The notes beneath the pieces are model-generated. The model saw only the letters and a program-made list of their open reading frames with translations, was not told the DNA's origin and ran no database searches. A program made the position numbers and the translations under genes. Positions 9,101 through 18,113 of a stretch of 64,000 bases of DNA are shown here, in pieces. The stretch covers positions 49,704 to 113,703 of IMG/VR virus record IMGVR_UViG_3300044730_000313; one strand, written 5' to 3'. The stretch's first letter is position 1; the number at the start of each line of letters is the position of its first letter. The stretch comes from a virus.

Positions 9101-11194
9101 TGCCACTGTAATTTTATACCAACTGTACGTGTTAGATATAATTGATCCTTGCGCTCCTCCACCAAATATAGGAGAGGGAAAACTTAACGCGCAAAGATTA
9201 AATGATGTATTCAGAGGAAAATCACCACTAACACCAATTGTTTTTGTAACAGCTTCTCCTGAATAACAATCAATATACTTTATAGTGCCAGGCTGTGTTG
9301 CATATACAGTGAACTGTCTACATACAGAGGACGTACTTCTAGAAGCAAGAGGAATTGTGAAAGCATTGCTTTTCTCTAACAAGAACGGGTCTTGTCTTAA
9401 ATCGTTGTAAGGATAGTTGGGGAAGTAATACTCTTGACCTTCGCGCTCATACTTACCCACATTTCTAAGTATACCCTTAGCTACAATGGATTTGTTTGTG
9501 CTTCTGTCACCACGGATAATCTTGAATCCAGCTATCTGACTCTTTTGTTCAGCTGTAAGATTGGAAGAGTTGATAAGAGACTGTACCTGTTGTACGTCTA
9601 TTTTAACACCTAGTGGGAATATAGCGTCCTTTTGGATAGCCATAGAGTCTTGGCCTGCGAAGATGGCAGACTCAAATATGGGACTCACCAGGACATCTGG
9701 AAACTTATGGTGTCTAATGGGTTGACCAGCCAAGTCTCCCCATAGTTCTTCATTGCAAGGATATTCTTCTGTGGACTCCCAATAAGAAAACTCACCAAAC
9801 TGGTAGGGTCCTTTGTACTCTGTTGCTGGAGAATAGCCAGGAGAGAACCCTGTCACTACAGCTGTATTATATATCTTCCAATAGGGGCTAGTTCCTGTTA
9901 CAGGATCTGGATCACCTATAAAGTCATCATTTGTAGGAGAAACAGGAGATAGGTCTAACACATTTGCAATTCTACCAGGAATGTGGAAACCGTCAGTTTG
10001 CTTACCGTTAGTGAGCAAGAACACTATCTCAAAAGCATACACCTCATCCCTTAGATATCCTCTAAGGTTGGTGGCATTGAATGCATCAGCATAGGTTTCT
10101 GTATTAGGGATACGATAGGTTTCCCACTGCAGAGCGATACCGTTAGCTATCTTCTGGTAATTAATTCTTTCTACAGAAGTGAGTTGGTCCCACACCAGAA
10201 TATCACGTACAGCTGTTATATCTTGAGCAATCTCGTAATATGGAAACTTCTCAAGTATGTCATTAATTGTCAGACGAACATTGGTTTTGTTCTGACCTGT
10301 GTAAGTAATCACCTGACTAGGACCATCAATAAAATAGGTGCCTATCAACTCAACGGAGGTAATGGCATTTACAGTTTTAATAACTGCTACATTAAAATAA
10401 TCGTACAGTCCTGTATTATCTAAGTTGCTGACAGTGAGCTCAATAGATTTACCCACCTGATAATTAAAATTAACAGTGGTGATACTGGGGTCAGCAATAG
10501 GAGTGGGATTGGTAACAGAGTAGTAGGAAGTGAAAGGGTTTCCAGCAGGATCGGAATACTGAATAGCAAACTGATATGTACCTGCTTGAAGGTCACCCCC
10601 TGTGGTTATTCTAGTGACATCCAGCTGAGGAATAACAAAATCAGGCTGGACATTTAACCCGTTGCAATCTATCTCATTGCTGTACACAGGGTCGCACGCA
10701 GGTGTACCTCCTATGAGAACATAGGGTAGGTTTTCTGGGTTGAGATCAATATATCTACGAGGATTGATTCCATCTGTCCAGTACACCTCTGTTGTGCACT
10801 CTGTAATTCTGTGGACAGCCTTATGGATGGGATGATTAATGTTGAAATTGAGACAAGGAGCACTTACATAGGTGCGATAGATACAGTCGTTATTATCCAT
10901 GTAGCCAATCTCAGAAGCACCTGTTTCTGGGTTGGTGATAAAGAATACATGTTTACTTCTCTCTTGGATGAAATGGGTACCTATTAATACAAAGCCAGGA
11001 GGGAACGTAACACAAAGTTCGTTCCCTGGCTCATTCTGATAGTTTACAGAATTAGCATCAAAGTTTTCTACAGCAGCATTCAGCGCATACGTTAGCTTAC
11101 CCTTAGGAATCTGGTTGAGGGTCTGATCGAGGTTTAAGCCAGTGGTAGCGTTATTATACTCCTGTCTGATATTGCCTTGTTCTTGCTCAGCCAT
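6140..11194 (-). CDS. Tail muzzle / tail stabilisation protein (P22 gp10-like, crAss-type) with Cys-rich inserts and Thr-rich C-terminus
   Basis: 1684 aa with N-terminal GLNLD..YALNA..QNEPGN, YWTDGINPRRYIDL, G.YQFAIQY and C-terminal WISFHSYIP. Follows the tail tubular gene, as in crAss-like synteny. Confidence 0.75.
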   Translation of the reverse strand: MAEQEQGNIRQEYNNATTGLNLDQTLNQIPKGKLTYALNAAVENFDANSVNYQNEPGNELCVTFPPGFVLIGTHFIQERSKHVFFITNPETGASEIGYMDNNDCIYRTYVSAPCLNFNINHPIHKAVHRITECTTEVYWTDGINPRRYIDLNPENLPYVLIGGTPACDPVYSNEIDCNGLNVQPDFVIPQLDVTRITTGGDLQAGTYQFAIQYSDPAGNPFTSYYSVTNPTPIADPSITTVNFNYQVGKSIELTVSNLDNTGLYDYFNVAVIKTVNAITSVELIGTYFIDGPSQVITYTGQNKTNVRLTINDILEKFPYYEIAQDITAVRDILVWDQLTSVERINYQKIANGIALQWETYRIPNTETYADAFNATNLRGYLRDEVYAFEIVFLLTNGKQTDGFHIPGRIANVLDLSPVSPTNDDFIGDPDPVTGTSPYWKIYNTAVVTGFSPGYSPATEYKGPYQFGEFSYWESTEEYPCNEELWGDLAGQPIRHHKFPDVLVSPIFESAIFAGQDSMAIQKDAIFPLGVKIDVQQVQSLINSSNLTAEQKSQIAGFKIIRGDRSTNKSIVAKGILRNVGKYEREGQEYYFPNYPYNDLRQDPFLLEKSNAFTIPLASRSTSSVCRQFTVYATQPGTIKYIDCYSGEAVTKTIGVSGDFPLNTSFNLCALSFPSPIFGGGAQGSIISNTYSWYKITVAPGDLATFNYYPPVPGGISCGIDALTGSILLPPVGYANWAEYCAQNPSNGCCNAPQAALEQSTWTVDGSTFGGVRTIPSLSPPTYASGDGGYSIELVDEIGYDLCAPAQLNAFDEEGAKYRHVFNSPETSFGQPFLGGVLKLENVIFGAGRAHFTQVRDNAMYRLVSLEAQQDALDSANQIALITTGAYNASALFAAYQAYLTIYINGITRQNYAYSYNSIASYDYSNSIANGLGIKQRELDLKQYLIPGVQGVNDNKDINNWNRESSVYLKTKETYTGGPRSPLPFPNQTPTISGTVNDRSRMTLSEAGVDGSLDNCPVPAKDEYISVVSYYGSLKNIFVNQYGQIYSYDTVDTGFQVDITPATTTTATFFGGDTFISKFAFKTKLPFFIDNRVNAPDDSDIFYDEIGNVAYPEYWHSARSILVDASIETAVLTNFFSIKANNLDCPNEQTPITSAGRTFYDGKMYQFAYGIPYFYCESSYNVDLRQAFNNREGDFWPHVSTSIPDDWVQESYVPIAQDNTYYYNVTFSKQNRENTFTHLPFDWKTICYTQYPFRTIYSDPQNIDADNRVNNWLVYRAISYFDFPQNFGDLISLDGIQNRAILARFENKTLMYNNLLTIDTSNPQAAYVGNPSLFRGAPPIDFAETDLGYVGTQNKMLLKIPQGQVTIDAKRGQVFLITGTEAVDLSGFGSGMNRFFTDHLAFEILRYFPKVDVDNHFNGVGLHGVYDSKYDRVIITKLDYVPKVEGIIYDDVDKKFYLEKPVDCCGAEKLTKTEVFLTDTDYFCNKSWTVSFNFNTKSWISFHSYIPNWYIGENNFFYSGLNDCCGDFDAIVANPIPNTTTTTSTSTTSTSTSTTTSTTTDYTGCDLEGVACEITTTTTTSTSTTTTTTTAYPCECYVIHNPTEEVHNVAGYVCGSKSISFIPVNPASTVNLCFSTEAVPYSDPGVIIALCGTSCTSEDDCLECTTTTTTTSSSSTTTTTTTAPL

Positions 11195-11199
11195 TGGTA

Positions 11200-12174
11200 T
11201 TAGTTATTGCGTCTCCAACCATACATTCCACCAACACGATTGGGTAGTTCGTACATATTAAATCTATTCAAGTCATTTTTAATCCTACGCTGCTTAGCCC
11301 AAGGATCTTGCTTCTTAATCTCAATATCAGCCATGATAAATGCTTCTTCAGATTGCTGCTTGTAATATGCGAGCTTCTGTTGGAGCTGGTTAAAGGTTTC
11401 ATCATTGGTCTGGTTGGTGAGGGTTTCCATCATTTTAAACTTGATGAAAGCCTCAATATATTCCCTGATACGGAAGTTGTTGGGAATCAGTTGATTACCA
11501 CCAGCGTCATACTCTGTGGCATAGAAAATCAGGTGTACAATACCATTACGGAAGTTGGTGACAAACTTGTTATCCCTAATGTCAAATGAATCATACCCAG
11601 CAGAACCAGGGGTAAACTCACGAAGAGGGGGTGCCTCTTGATAGAACTCCCAGTTGTTTGTGTATTCCACACCGCAGTTCTTTTGTGCAGAGATGTTACC
11701 AGGCTTGAGTAGATATTCCCTACGATATAGCACAGGAGCTTGGTTGTTTGTTTTGTATACTGTCTGAATAATCTCAGGCATACAAGACCCATCACATCCT
11801 ACATTACCACAACAAGGACTGGGAATAGGACAGTCTGTAACAATTGGACTCACCTGTATAGTGGTGGCTGTAGCAGCCTGGGAATAGAATGAGTTGGCTG
11901 TCTGATAGGGAAAGCCATTAATAGCTGTACAAAGCCACGCTTCACGAACAGCATAAAAGTTATCTGGGAGCCTAGCTTCATAGTCACAGATGTTTAACAC
12001 TTCCTCTTGAATAACATACGTTGCTCTACCCAACTTCAATAGACACTTGTCTAGGTAAGTGGGGAACATGAGGTCATCGATAGCCCCTGTATCGAAATAG
12101 CTTTTAAACTCTTCCTTTACAGTGGAATAGATAATCTCAGGAGAGATGAAGTTATATTTGTAGTAGTATGACAT
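11200..12174 (-). CDS. Tail tubular / ring protein (P22 gp4-like, crAss-type)
   Basis: 324 aa, located between the IHF-like gene and the muzzle. Contains a Cys-rich insert CPIPSPCCGNVGCDGSC. Confidence 0.6.
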   Translation of the reverse strand: MSYYYKYNFISPEIIYSTVKEEFKSYFDTGAIDDLMFPTYLDKCLLKLGRATYVIQEEVLNICDYEARLPDNFYAVREAWLCTAINGFPYQTANSFYSQAATATTIQVSPIVTDCPIPSPCCGNVGCDGSCMPEIIQTVYKTNNQAPVLYRREYLLKPGNISAQKNCGVEYTNNWEFYQEAPPLREFTPGSAGYDSFDIRDNKFVTNFRNGIVHLIFYATEYDAGGNQLIPNNFRIREYIEAFIKFKMMETLTNQTNDETFNQLQQKLAYYKQQSEEAFIMADIEIKKQDPWAKQRRIKNDLNRFNMYELPNRVGGMYGWRRNN

Positions 12175-12179
12175 CTAGT

Positions 12180-12656
12180 TTACTTTTTCCATTCGTGATA
12201 AATATGTTGATATCTGTTGTCGGTTTTTATGTAGTGAGACAACAATCTGGATGTTGTTCTGGAGGGTTTGAAATACCACAGTGCTGAGTGTCTGAATCTA
12301 GCTGTATCTTTGAACCACACCCACCCAAAGAAATAACCCTCTGTATGGAAGTTGAAATTGTAGATACGCTTGCCCTTCTCTTTGGTCTTTTTCCAGTCTA
12401 TAGGGAGATTGACAAACTCTTTACCATCCACCCCCTTCATCTTTCTACGCTTCTTTTTGTTTATGGAGAATTCACCAAACCCATAAGGAAGTCTTGCTCT
12501 CTCACCTGTCTCTAGGATGTACTCTTTGAAAGCATCGTTATAGGTGTAAACGATGTTTCTCCACTCGTCAAATGTTAATTTAACCGATGGATTTTTCTTA
12601 CAGAAATGATTGTAGTTTTCTTTACTGGCGCTTCTCCAGTCTATTTTTACTCGCAT
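12180..12656 (-). CDS. IHF/HU-like DNA-binding protein
   Basis: Basic 158 aa with ARLPYGFGEFSINKKK (HU/IHF GFG motif) and IDWKKT; conserved position in the crAss tail block. Confidence 0.65.
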   Translation of the reverse strand: MRVKIDWRSASKENYNHFCKKNPSVKLTFDEWRNIVYTYNDAFKEYILETGERARLPYGFGEFSINKKKRRKMKGVDGKEFVNLPIDWKKTKEKGKRIYNFNFHTEGYFFGWVWFKDTARFRHSALWYFKPSRTTSRLLSHYIKTDNRYQHIYHEWKK

Positions 12657-13384
12657 TATCTAGTGTTTGGAACGTTGGGCGCTTGACCATCAACTCCATC
12701 ACTTGTAATGTCTGTCTTCAATTTGAAGTAGGTGGATAGTAACTTCTGGGAAGTTAACTCTAGCACTTGCTTCTCTAGGTAACCAGGAACAGGGGACTCT
12801 TTGTCAAGAGGATTCTTGCAGAGCTCTTCTGTTGTATATTCTGGGCTACCACAGCCACACTCTGGGAACATAATGGAATTAGGAACATCCTCCTCGAACA
12901 AAGCAACAAGTCTGATGGCTTTCAGAAGGGGGTTATTCACATACAGATATCCATTAGTAATCCAGTAGTATTCTTCCTTCTTGATGATAGGAAGCTTAAG
13001 CAAGTTAATATATCTATTGATGGTTATTTCTTTTAGCTTCTTTCCCTGACCACTCATTGCATTAATTGAGTATACACCCTGGATAACATACTGATAGTTA
13101 CCCTCTGTGATGCGGGGAAGCTTGAACTTAGTTCTAGCTACAGAACAAGGATCAGAATATTCACAACATTCAGAAATAGGAACTTCCACCATCTCCAAAC
13201 AGGGAATGGTCGTGAACACTGTATCAGTAGCCCAAAGCTTCCTCAGATTAGTCTCACGTTTGATAAGGAGGAAGGCATTGTTCTTAATCTCAGACATGAC
13301 AGCCCTATCCGTGATCAAGTTGTCTGTAGACAGCAACTTATGCATAGAGCGCACATCTGAAACTAATTTCCTAAAAGTTGACAT
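12656..13384 (-). CDS. Tail ring/adaptor protein (crAss-type)
   Basis: 242 aa with CLEMVEV..ECC motif and YYWITNGYLYV; tail-block synteny. Confidence 0.5.
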   Translation of the reverse strand: MSTFRKLVSDVRSMHKLLSTDNLITDRAVMSEIKNNAFLLIKRETNLRKLWATDTVFTTIPCLEMVEVPISECCEYSDPCSVARTKFKLPRITEGNYQYVIQGVYSINAMSGQGKKLKEITINRYINLLKLPIIKKEEYYWITNGYLYVNNPLLKAIRLVALFEEDVPNSIMFPECGCGSPEYTTEELCKNPLDKESPVPGYLEKQVLELTSQKLLSTYFKLKTDITSDGVDGQAPNVPNTR

Positions 13385-14634
13385 TATAAATACTGTTTGA
13401 ATATGTTTGTTATTCCATAATCAAAGTCTATGAGGAATCCAGTCACTTCACCTTTAGCTATTGTGTAGCCATTCTTATCATCCCAACCACTCTTGGCTGT
13501 AGAGAAAGCAGGAAGCTGGAAGAACTTAATACCGTTAAAATCCAAGCTCACCTCGTGGTGTTTATCTCCTGTGAAGATGTAGAAGTTATCATGGTCAGAC
13601 CATGCTTCTTTATATTCCATAGGAAATAGACCAGCTAGTTTGGCAGGTTTCAAAGCATCCCCATGATTGAACATCATGGCTGAGCTTCCGTAGCTAACAT
13701 ACTTCCTATATCTAGGAGAGATGTCAAAGGACACACGGTTTTCATTTCTGAAATAGATTTCTAACCAGCTAGCCAAGTGCCATCCTACAAACTCATCGTG
13801 GTTACCAGCTACAAATATCACCTCCACATCACCACCTCTTTGAAGAAGTAGGTTTATTACATTCACCTCATGATCACATATTGCCTGAAAAGCAGTGTGA
13901 TAGGAAAGGATGTTCTGCTGAGGTGTACCCTTTGTAGTGGTGTTTGTGAACTCACTGTTGAATTCGTCAGACCCAATTATGTATTTAATTTCTGTAACGT
14001 TGTTAGAAAGAATGGCTTGGTTAAGAATTGTTTCCACTTTTTGAATATAGGTGGCAAATCTTTCCAAAATATCATTGTTTCCTTCTATATCTAGCTTGTT
14101 CAGGTGGGAGTCCTGTTTATTAATTACCAAACAAGCATTTGCTTTAGACAGCTCAAATCTAGGACCAATTATCTCAGGAGATACTGGTTGGTAGGTCTCT
14201 AAAAACGAAATGAACGAGTCTTGGAAAACTTGTTCATTCTTCTTCTTACCCAACCAGGCTTTCACCTGGTAATAAGGGTGTTCAACATTTCCCCAGTAGT
14301 TTTGGACGTATTTAGTTATCTCCCACTTGTCCGTATCAATCTTACACTTTTCAATCAGGTCCTCTAAACTCTTAATCTCTTCCTTGGTGTTTACCACTAT
14401 CTCACCTGTCCCTTTCTGCACATCCTCAATAAACCTAACAATTGTGTCTTCTAGCTCTCCAATATAGTTTCCAATCTCTGCCTCATTTTCCACAGTTTCT
14501 ACGTTTCTGAGTTCTCGCATCAACGTATCCACCTCATCCTCTGTAATGTTTAGTTTCTCTGCATAGAACTTCTTGCTCTTTTTCCAGTGTAGCATTTGCT
14601 CCATCTGGTGCAGAAGGGATTGATTTTCAGGCAT
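13384..14634 (-). CDS. Calcineurin-like metallophosphoesterase with N-terminal HTH-like region
   Basis: Motifs QDSH, GSDEFN, GNHD, HGD and GDKHH. Confidence 0.75.
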   Translation of the reverse strand: MPENQSLLHQMEQMLHWKKSKKFYAEKLNITEDEVDTLMRELRNVETVENEAEIGNYIGELEDTIVRFIEDVQKGTGEIVVNTKEEIKSLEDLIEKCKIDTDKWEITKYVQNYWGNVEHPYYQVKAWLGKKKNEQVFQDSFISFLETYQPVSPEIIGPRFELSKANACLVINKQDSHLNKLDIEGNNDILERFATYIQKVETILNQAILSNNVTEIKYIIGSDEFNSEFTNTTTKGTPQQNILSYHTAFQAICDHEVNVINLLLQRGGDVEVIFVAGNHDEFVGWHLASWLEIYFRNENRVSFDISPRYRKYVSYGSSAMMFNHGDALKPAKLAGLFPMEYKEAWSDHDNFYIFTGDKHHEVSLDFNGIKFFQLPAFSTAKSGWDDKNGYTIAKGEVTGFLIDFDYGITNIFKQYL

Positions 14635-14662
14635 TTATGATTTAGTTTAGTTAAAATTGCCA

Positions 14663-14694
14663 TAAAGGTACGAAACTTTTTGATATTTTCCAAA
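14663..14694 (-). promoter_or_regulatory. Bacteroidota sigma-A-type promoter
   Basis: TTTG-N20-TACCTTTA on the minus strand, about 30 nt upstream of the phosphoesterase ATG. Confidence 0.6.
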
Positions 14695-14742
14695 TTATTT
14701 TAACCACTTAGGTTAGTGTGGATAACCAAGTTAGTTATAAAT

Positions 14743-14774
14743 AAAAAACTCCCAGGGGTAGAAACCCCCAGGAG
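14743..14774 (-). terminator. Intrinsic terminator
   Basis: CTCC-GGGGT/ACCCC-GGAG stem followed by U6 on the minus strand. Confidence 0.6.
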
Positions 14775-14812
14775 AAAGCCCTGAAAACCAACAAACAGGG
14801 TTTTTTAATACA

Positions 14813-15412
14813 TTATAGTCCGCAAGGTCCTGTAGGCGTTATGCTTCCACTTCCTCCAGTTTGAACAACTGTTCCAGTTTCTGCACATATAAATATACCG
14901 CCTGCTCCTACAGTTTGTGTAAAGGGTTCACCAGCACATGATAACCATTCTATACTAATAGAGGGGGTACCAACCACATTATATTCTGTACAGTTTAAAG
15001 GAGTCTCTGTGGTTGTAGTTGTTGTAGTGGGTGGAACCTCTGTAGTGGTGCTGGTTGTTGTAGTGGATGATGTACTTGTTGTTGTAGTGGTGCTACTACT
15101 AGTAGATGTAGTGGTAGACGTACTAGATGTAGTGCTAGTGGTGCTAGTGGTACTAGATGTGCTGGACGTAGTGGTAGTGGTTGTACACTCCTTATCAATT
15201 ACAATATCTATAAAGTTGGTACACAGAGGATTAGCAGACATCACTCTTATAATAGTGGTGCCATTGGGAACTAATGTGCTAGTGTAGCCAGCCAGAAGAG
15301 CTGCTTTACTCACCCCTGTTTCAAATGCTGATACAAACCCATCAACATCTGAGTAGAGGTTGAATGGGCCTGTATCAGTTCCAGCTGTCGTTAATGTTAT
15401 TGTTACAATCAC
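14813..15412 (-). CDS. Virion decoration/fibre-associated protein: GPF domain + Thr/Ser tract + Cys module (199 aa)
   Basis: The true start is most likely GTG at 15412, overlapping the upstream TGA (GTGA). The track's His/Asn-rich N-terminus is an off-frame read of the upstream Thr codons. Contains an S/T tract of about 60 residues. Confidence 0.65.
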   Translation of the reverse strand: MIVTITLTTAGTDTGPFNLYSDVDGFVSAFETGVSKAALLAGYTSTLVPNGTTIIRVMSANPLCTNFIDIVIDKECTTTTTTSSTSSTTSTTSTTSSTSTTTSTSSSTTTTTSTSSTTTTSTTTEVPPTTTTTTTETPLNCTEYNVVGTPSISIEWLSCAGEPFTQTVGAGGIFICAETGTVVQTGGSGSITPTGPCGL

Positions 15413-15969
15413 AATAGTGTAGTGGTTGTTGTGGTGGTTGGCAGTAGAGTGGTAGTGGTAGTTGTTGTTGTGGGACAAGCTCCTATATTAGCAGAAGATA
15501 CTCCTGGTAAAGGAGGAACTACCAATGTACCTGTACAAGCACAAACATAAATAGTACTAAAGCTACTCACTACAGCAGTTCTATAAGCACCACCACAAGC
15601 ATAGTAATTAATGTTTACGGGAGTGATAGTGTTGTTAGTGATGGAGTAGAAATTACAAGAAGGACAAAGAATTGTTGTTGTACTGGTGGTAGTTGAACTT
15701 GTAGATGTAGAAGTGGTAGTTGTGCAACAGATACCTAAAGCAGTTGACAAACTATCAATCTGATCTTGTAGGTCACAAATCTTTTCATCTACCTTCTGAA
15801 GAGCTACTGATAGGTTATTGCATGTAGCAATTCCTGTACAAGAAAGATTGGGACCACTGTACACAACTGATTGACTACCAATAGGTTGTGCTGAGCAGGG
15901 ATCGTTTCCTCCACAAGGGGTTACTATGGGCTCTGGCGTACAACAAGGGTTCTGAGGAACGTAATACAT
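15409..15969 (-). CDS. Cys-rich fibre-like virion protein with Thr tracts
   Basis: VVYSGPNLSCTGI..LSVALQKVD is paralogous to the N-terminus of the 373-aa fibre; two poly-Thr tracts. Confidence 0.6.
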   Translation of the reverse strand: MYYVPQNPCCTPEPIVTPCGGNDPCSAQPIGSQSVVYSGPNLSCTGIATCNNLSVALQKVDEKICDLQDQIDSLSTALGICCTTTTSTSTSSTTTSTTTILCPSCNFYSITNNTITPVNINYYACGGAYRTAVVSSFSTIYVCACTGTLVVPPLPGVSSANIGACPTTTTTTTTLLPTTTTTTTLL

Positions 15970-15989
15970 TATATGATGATTTTAAGCTA

Positions 15990-17111
15990 TTAAGGAATAT
16001 ACATGATGTAGTAACAACCAAGACCAGGTTGGAAATTAGAGTGAGCTAATCCTCCTCCTGTAGAAGAAATTGCTTTATCAATAATGGTGATGCCAGTTGT
16101 TTTAGAGTTAGTGATTCCAATATCAGCAGTTCCCGCTGCACCAGCTAAAGAGTAACTAGTGTTACCTCCGTAGGTTGCAGTTTGAGCTAAAGGAGTAGTT
16201 GGTGTAAGAGTTACCTGACCACCAGAAAGCGTTGTAAAATGCGTGTGTCCAGGATCACTAATTTTAGGATCTGTCGTATGTGTGTGAGCAGGAATTTGAG
16301 CAGTGGTGAGTATCACTGTGTTAGAACCAGCTGTTCCTAGTAATGTATAAGTAGGATTTCCAGCAATCGTAGGATCAACAGCAGGATTTAGGGGTCCTCC
16401 AGCCATGCCTGTTGTAGCACCAACTGGCACACGTCCTCTTTTATCAGGGGTGCCATTTAAACCATTACAAAGATAGATTTTATCCCATGCTCCAAGACCT
16501 TTACCAGTGTTGTCAAAATTACCAGGTATTGTACCATAGTATTCAACAACAGTGAAAGGCACCATTCTATCCTTGTAGGAAGTAGGAGGAGCAGGTGGTG
16601 TACAAGCTGCCACTAATGCACAGAGCTCTGATTTCTTTACATAGTTGGTTTGAACATCTAATACAAATGCGTTGAAGTCAACAATGTGTGCACAAAGCTT
16701 TGTAATCACTGCCTGAAGGATGGCATGTGTTCCAGAGGTTGATGTTACGCCTGTAAGACATCCAATTGTATAGGGTCCTTCTAGAGCAACAAATTTGTTT
16801 TCTACAACAACTAGTCTTGCATCAAGCTCACATACAGCTTTAATAATAGCACTAATTACATTAGGAAGTGAGAGGTCCTGACACTCTACTAGGTTTTTAT
16901 TTACGATGTTACATATAATGGTGGGGTTAATCTCAAGGATAATCCCTGTACCGTTAAGCGTAGATGTGAGAAACTCAATCAGTGCTTGCTCTACATAAGA
17001 TAGAGAGTCACCATTTTTGATTCCCAGAATGGGAACATCTATTCCTGTATATCTAACGCATTGATCTGATACAATCTCTGCGCATCCGTTAAAACAATTA
17101 GAACAAGACAT
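15990..17111 (-). CDS. Tail fibre protein with collar-like domain and His-rich tip
   Basis: LCNGLNGTPDKRGRVPVG (tail collar-like), LTTAQIPAHTH, DPGHTH and GGGLAHSNFQP..YYIM (T4 gp12/gp10-type C-terminal motifs). Confidence 0.75.
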   Translation of the reverse strand: MSCSNCFNGCAEIVSDQCVRYTGIDVPILGIKNGDSLSYVEQALIEFLTSTLNGTGIILEINPTIICNIVNKNLVECQDLSLPNVISAIIKAVCELDARLVVVENKFVALEGPYTIGCLTGVTSTSGTHAILQAVITKLCAHIVDFNAFVLDVQTNYVKKSELCALVAACTPPAPPTSYKDRMVPFTVVEYYGTIPGNFDNTGKGLGAWDKIYLCNGLNGTPDKRGRVPVGATTGMAGGPLNPAVDPTIAGNPTYTLLGTAGSNTVILTTAQIPAHTHTTDPKISDPGHTHFTTLSGGQVTLTPTTPLAQTATYGGNTSYSLAGAAGTADIGITNSKTTGITIIDKAISSTGGGLAHSNFQPGLGCYYIMYIP

Positions 17112-17378
17112 TTATTTAGATTTTAGAATTTTAACTCTGCTTGCAATCATGTTTACAGTGAATGCAGCGGCATAATTTGGATTACAAAGTTTGTAAACAA
17201 GTATTCTCCTGTAGTTGAGCAAGTCTAACATTGCTCCTCCAGGTATAGGTTGGTTCAGAATGTAAACAATATTGTTGTATAGATTACCTGCTAGATTGGC
17301 TAGCTTACAATCTATTTCAGCAATAAGTGCTGGAATACTAGCACATTCTGGACAATGCGTAAGCCTTGGTGATAACAT
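17112..17378 (-). CDS. Small tail hub-like protein
   Basis: 88 aa, CxxC, helical; lies between the hub-like and fibre genes. Confidence 0.45.
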   Translation of the reverse strand: MLSPRLTHCPECASIPALIAEIDCKLANLAGNLYNNIVYILNQPIPGGAMLDLLNYRRILVYKLCNPNYAAAFTVNMIASRVKILKSK

Positions 17379-17490
17379 TTGTTATAATTTTTCGTCCTTG
17401 TTTAGTAGCTGCATTACACAGTCCACAAAGACCGTTTATCAATTGACACCCACATCCAACGTTAGCTCCGCAGTTTCTGCACTTAGCCAT
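17338..17490 (-). CDS. Cys-rich 50-aa peptide (missed by ORF track)
   Basis: MAKCRNCGANVGCGCQLINGLCGLCNAATKQGRKIITNVITKAYALSRMC; the ATG lies 1 nt after the upstream stop. Confidence 0.6.
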   Translation of the reverse strand: MAKCRNCGANVGCGCQLINGLCGLCNAATKQGRKIITNVITKAYALSRMC

Positions 17491-17491
17491 A

Positions 17492-18055
17492 TTAGTAGAA
17501 GTTTATTACGTAGTTATTTCCAGAACATCCACAATTGTTTTTGAGGAAGTTATTAAGCATCATGTCAGCTTGATTGTACAACTTCATAGCTTCATCTACA
17601 GCACAGTTGTTAGCAGCAGCTATAGAACCCTGTATAAAGAAATAGATGGTAGTGAGATCCACCTTTGCTTGTGTTTTGATTGCTCTATCACATTCCATCA
17701 TATCAAGCTTCATGAACGCATTGTCAAACTTCTCCTGTAGCTTTTCCACACGCATAATAGACTTCTCTACAAAGTTGATGTATGCAGGGGCTACAGAATA
17801 CCTCAAACGATAAACCCCGTCAGGTAGTGGTTGGTCCACTCCTACAGGGCTCAGTCCTAGGTTTGATGTTGTGAATACATTAAAGTCGTTAACACTGAAC
17901 GGTTTAACTACCACTCCAAAACCAGGAACATTAATCTCAATCGTTGCTCCAGAAACAACAGGTGGGTCCGTGGGATATACAGACGCATCAGCAACTCCTA
18001 GTGTTTGTACATTGTATGTAGGAATCACCAATATGTCTAGTTTCAAGTCTGCCAT
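17492..18055 (-). CDS. Tail hub-like virion protein
   Basis: 187 aa with ADASVY, LPDGVY.L.YSVAP and C-terminal CGC; follows the auxiliary capsid gene as in crAss-like phages. Confidence 0.5.
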   Translation of the reverse strand: MADLKLDILVIPTYNVQTLGVADASVYPTDPPVVSGATIEINVPGFGVVVKPFSVNDFNVFTTSNLGLSPVGVDQPLPDGVYRLRYSVAPAYINFVEKSIMRVEKLQEKFDNAFMKLDMMECDRAIKTQAKVDLTTIYFFIQGSIAAANNCAVDEAMKLYNQADMMLNNFLKNNCGCSGNNYVINFY

Positions 18056-18070
18056 GTTGTTTTAAATAAA

Positions 18071-18113
18071 TAAGCCAGAGGATCTGAGTTTTAATCCTCT
18101 CACCTCTGGCTTA
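18071..18113 (-). terminator. Stem-loop (terminator or mRNA stabiliser)
   Basis: TAAGCCAGAGG/CCTCTGGCTTA 11-bp inverted repeat followed by a U-rich run on the minus strand. Confidence 0.5.

Noticed and set aside
15009-15287. Poly-Val ORFs on the plus strand (also 18125-18310)
   Set aside because: Antisense shadows of poly-Thr codons.
15413-15478. His/Asn-rich N-terminus (MSHNNNYHYH..) of the 221-aa ORF, or a programmed frameshift fusing it with the 186-aa ORF
   Set aside because: It is the off-frame reading of upstream Thr codons. A GTGA start/stop overlap explains the junction, and no slippery heptamer is evident.
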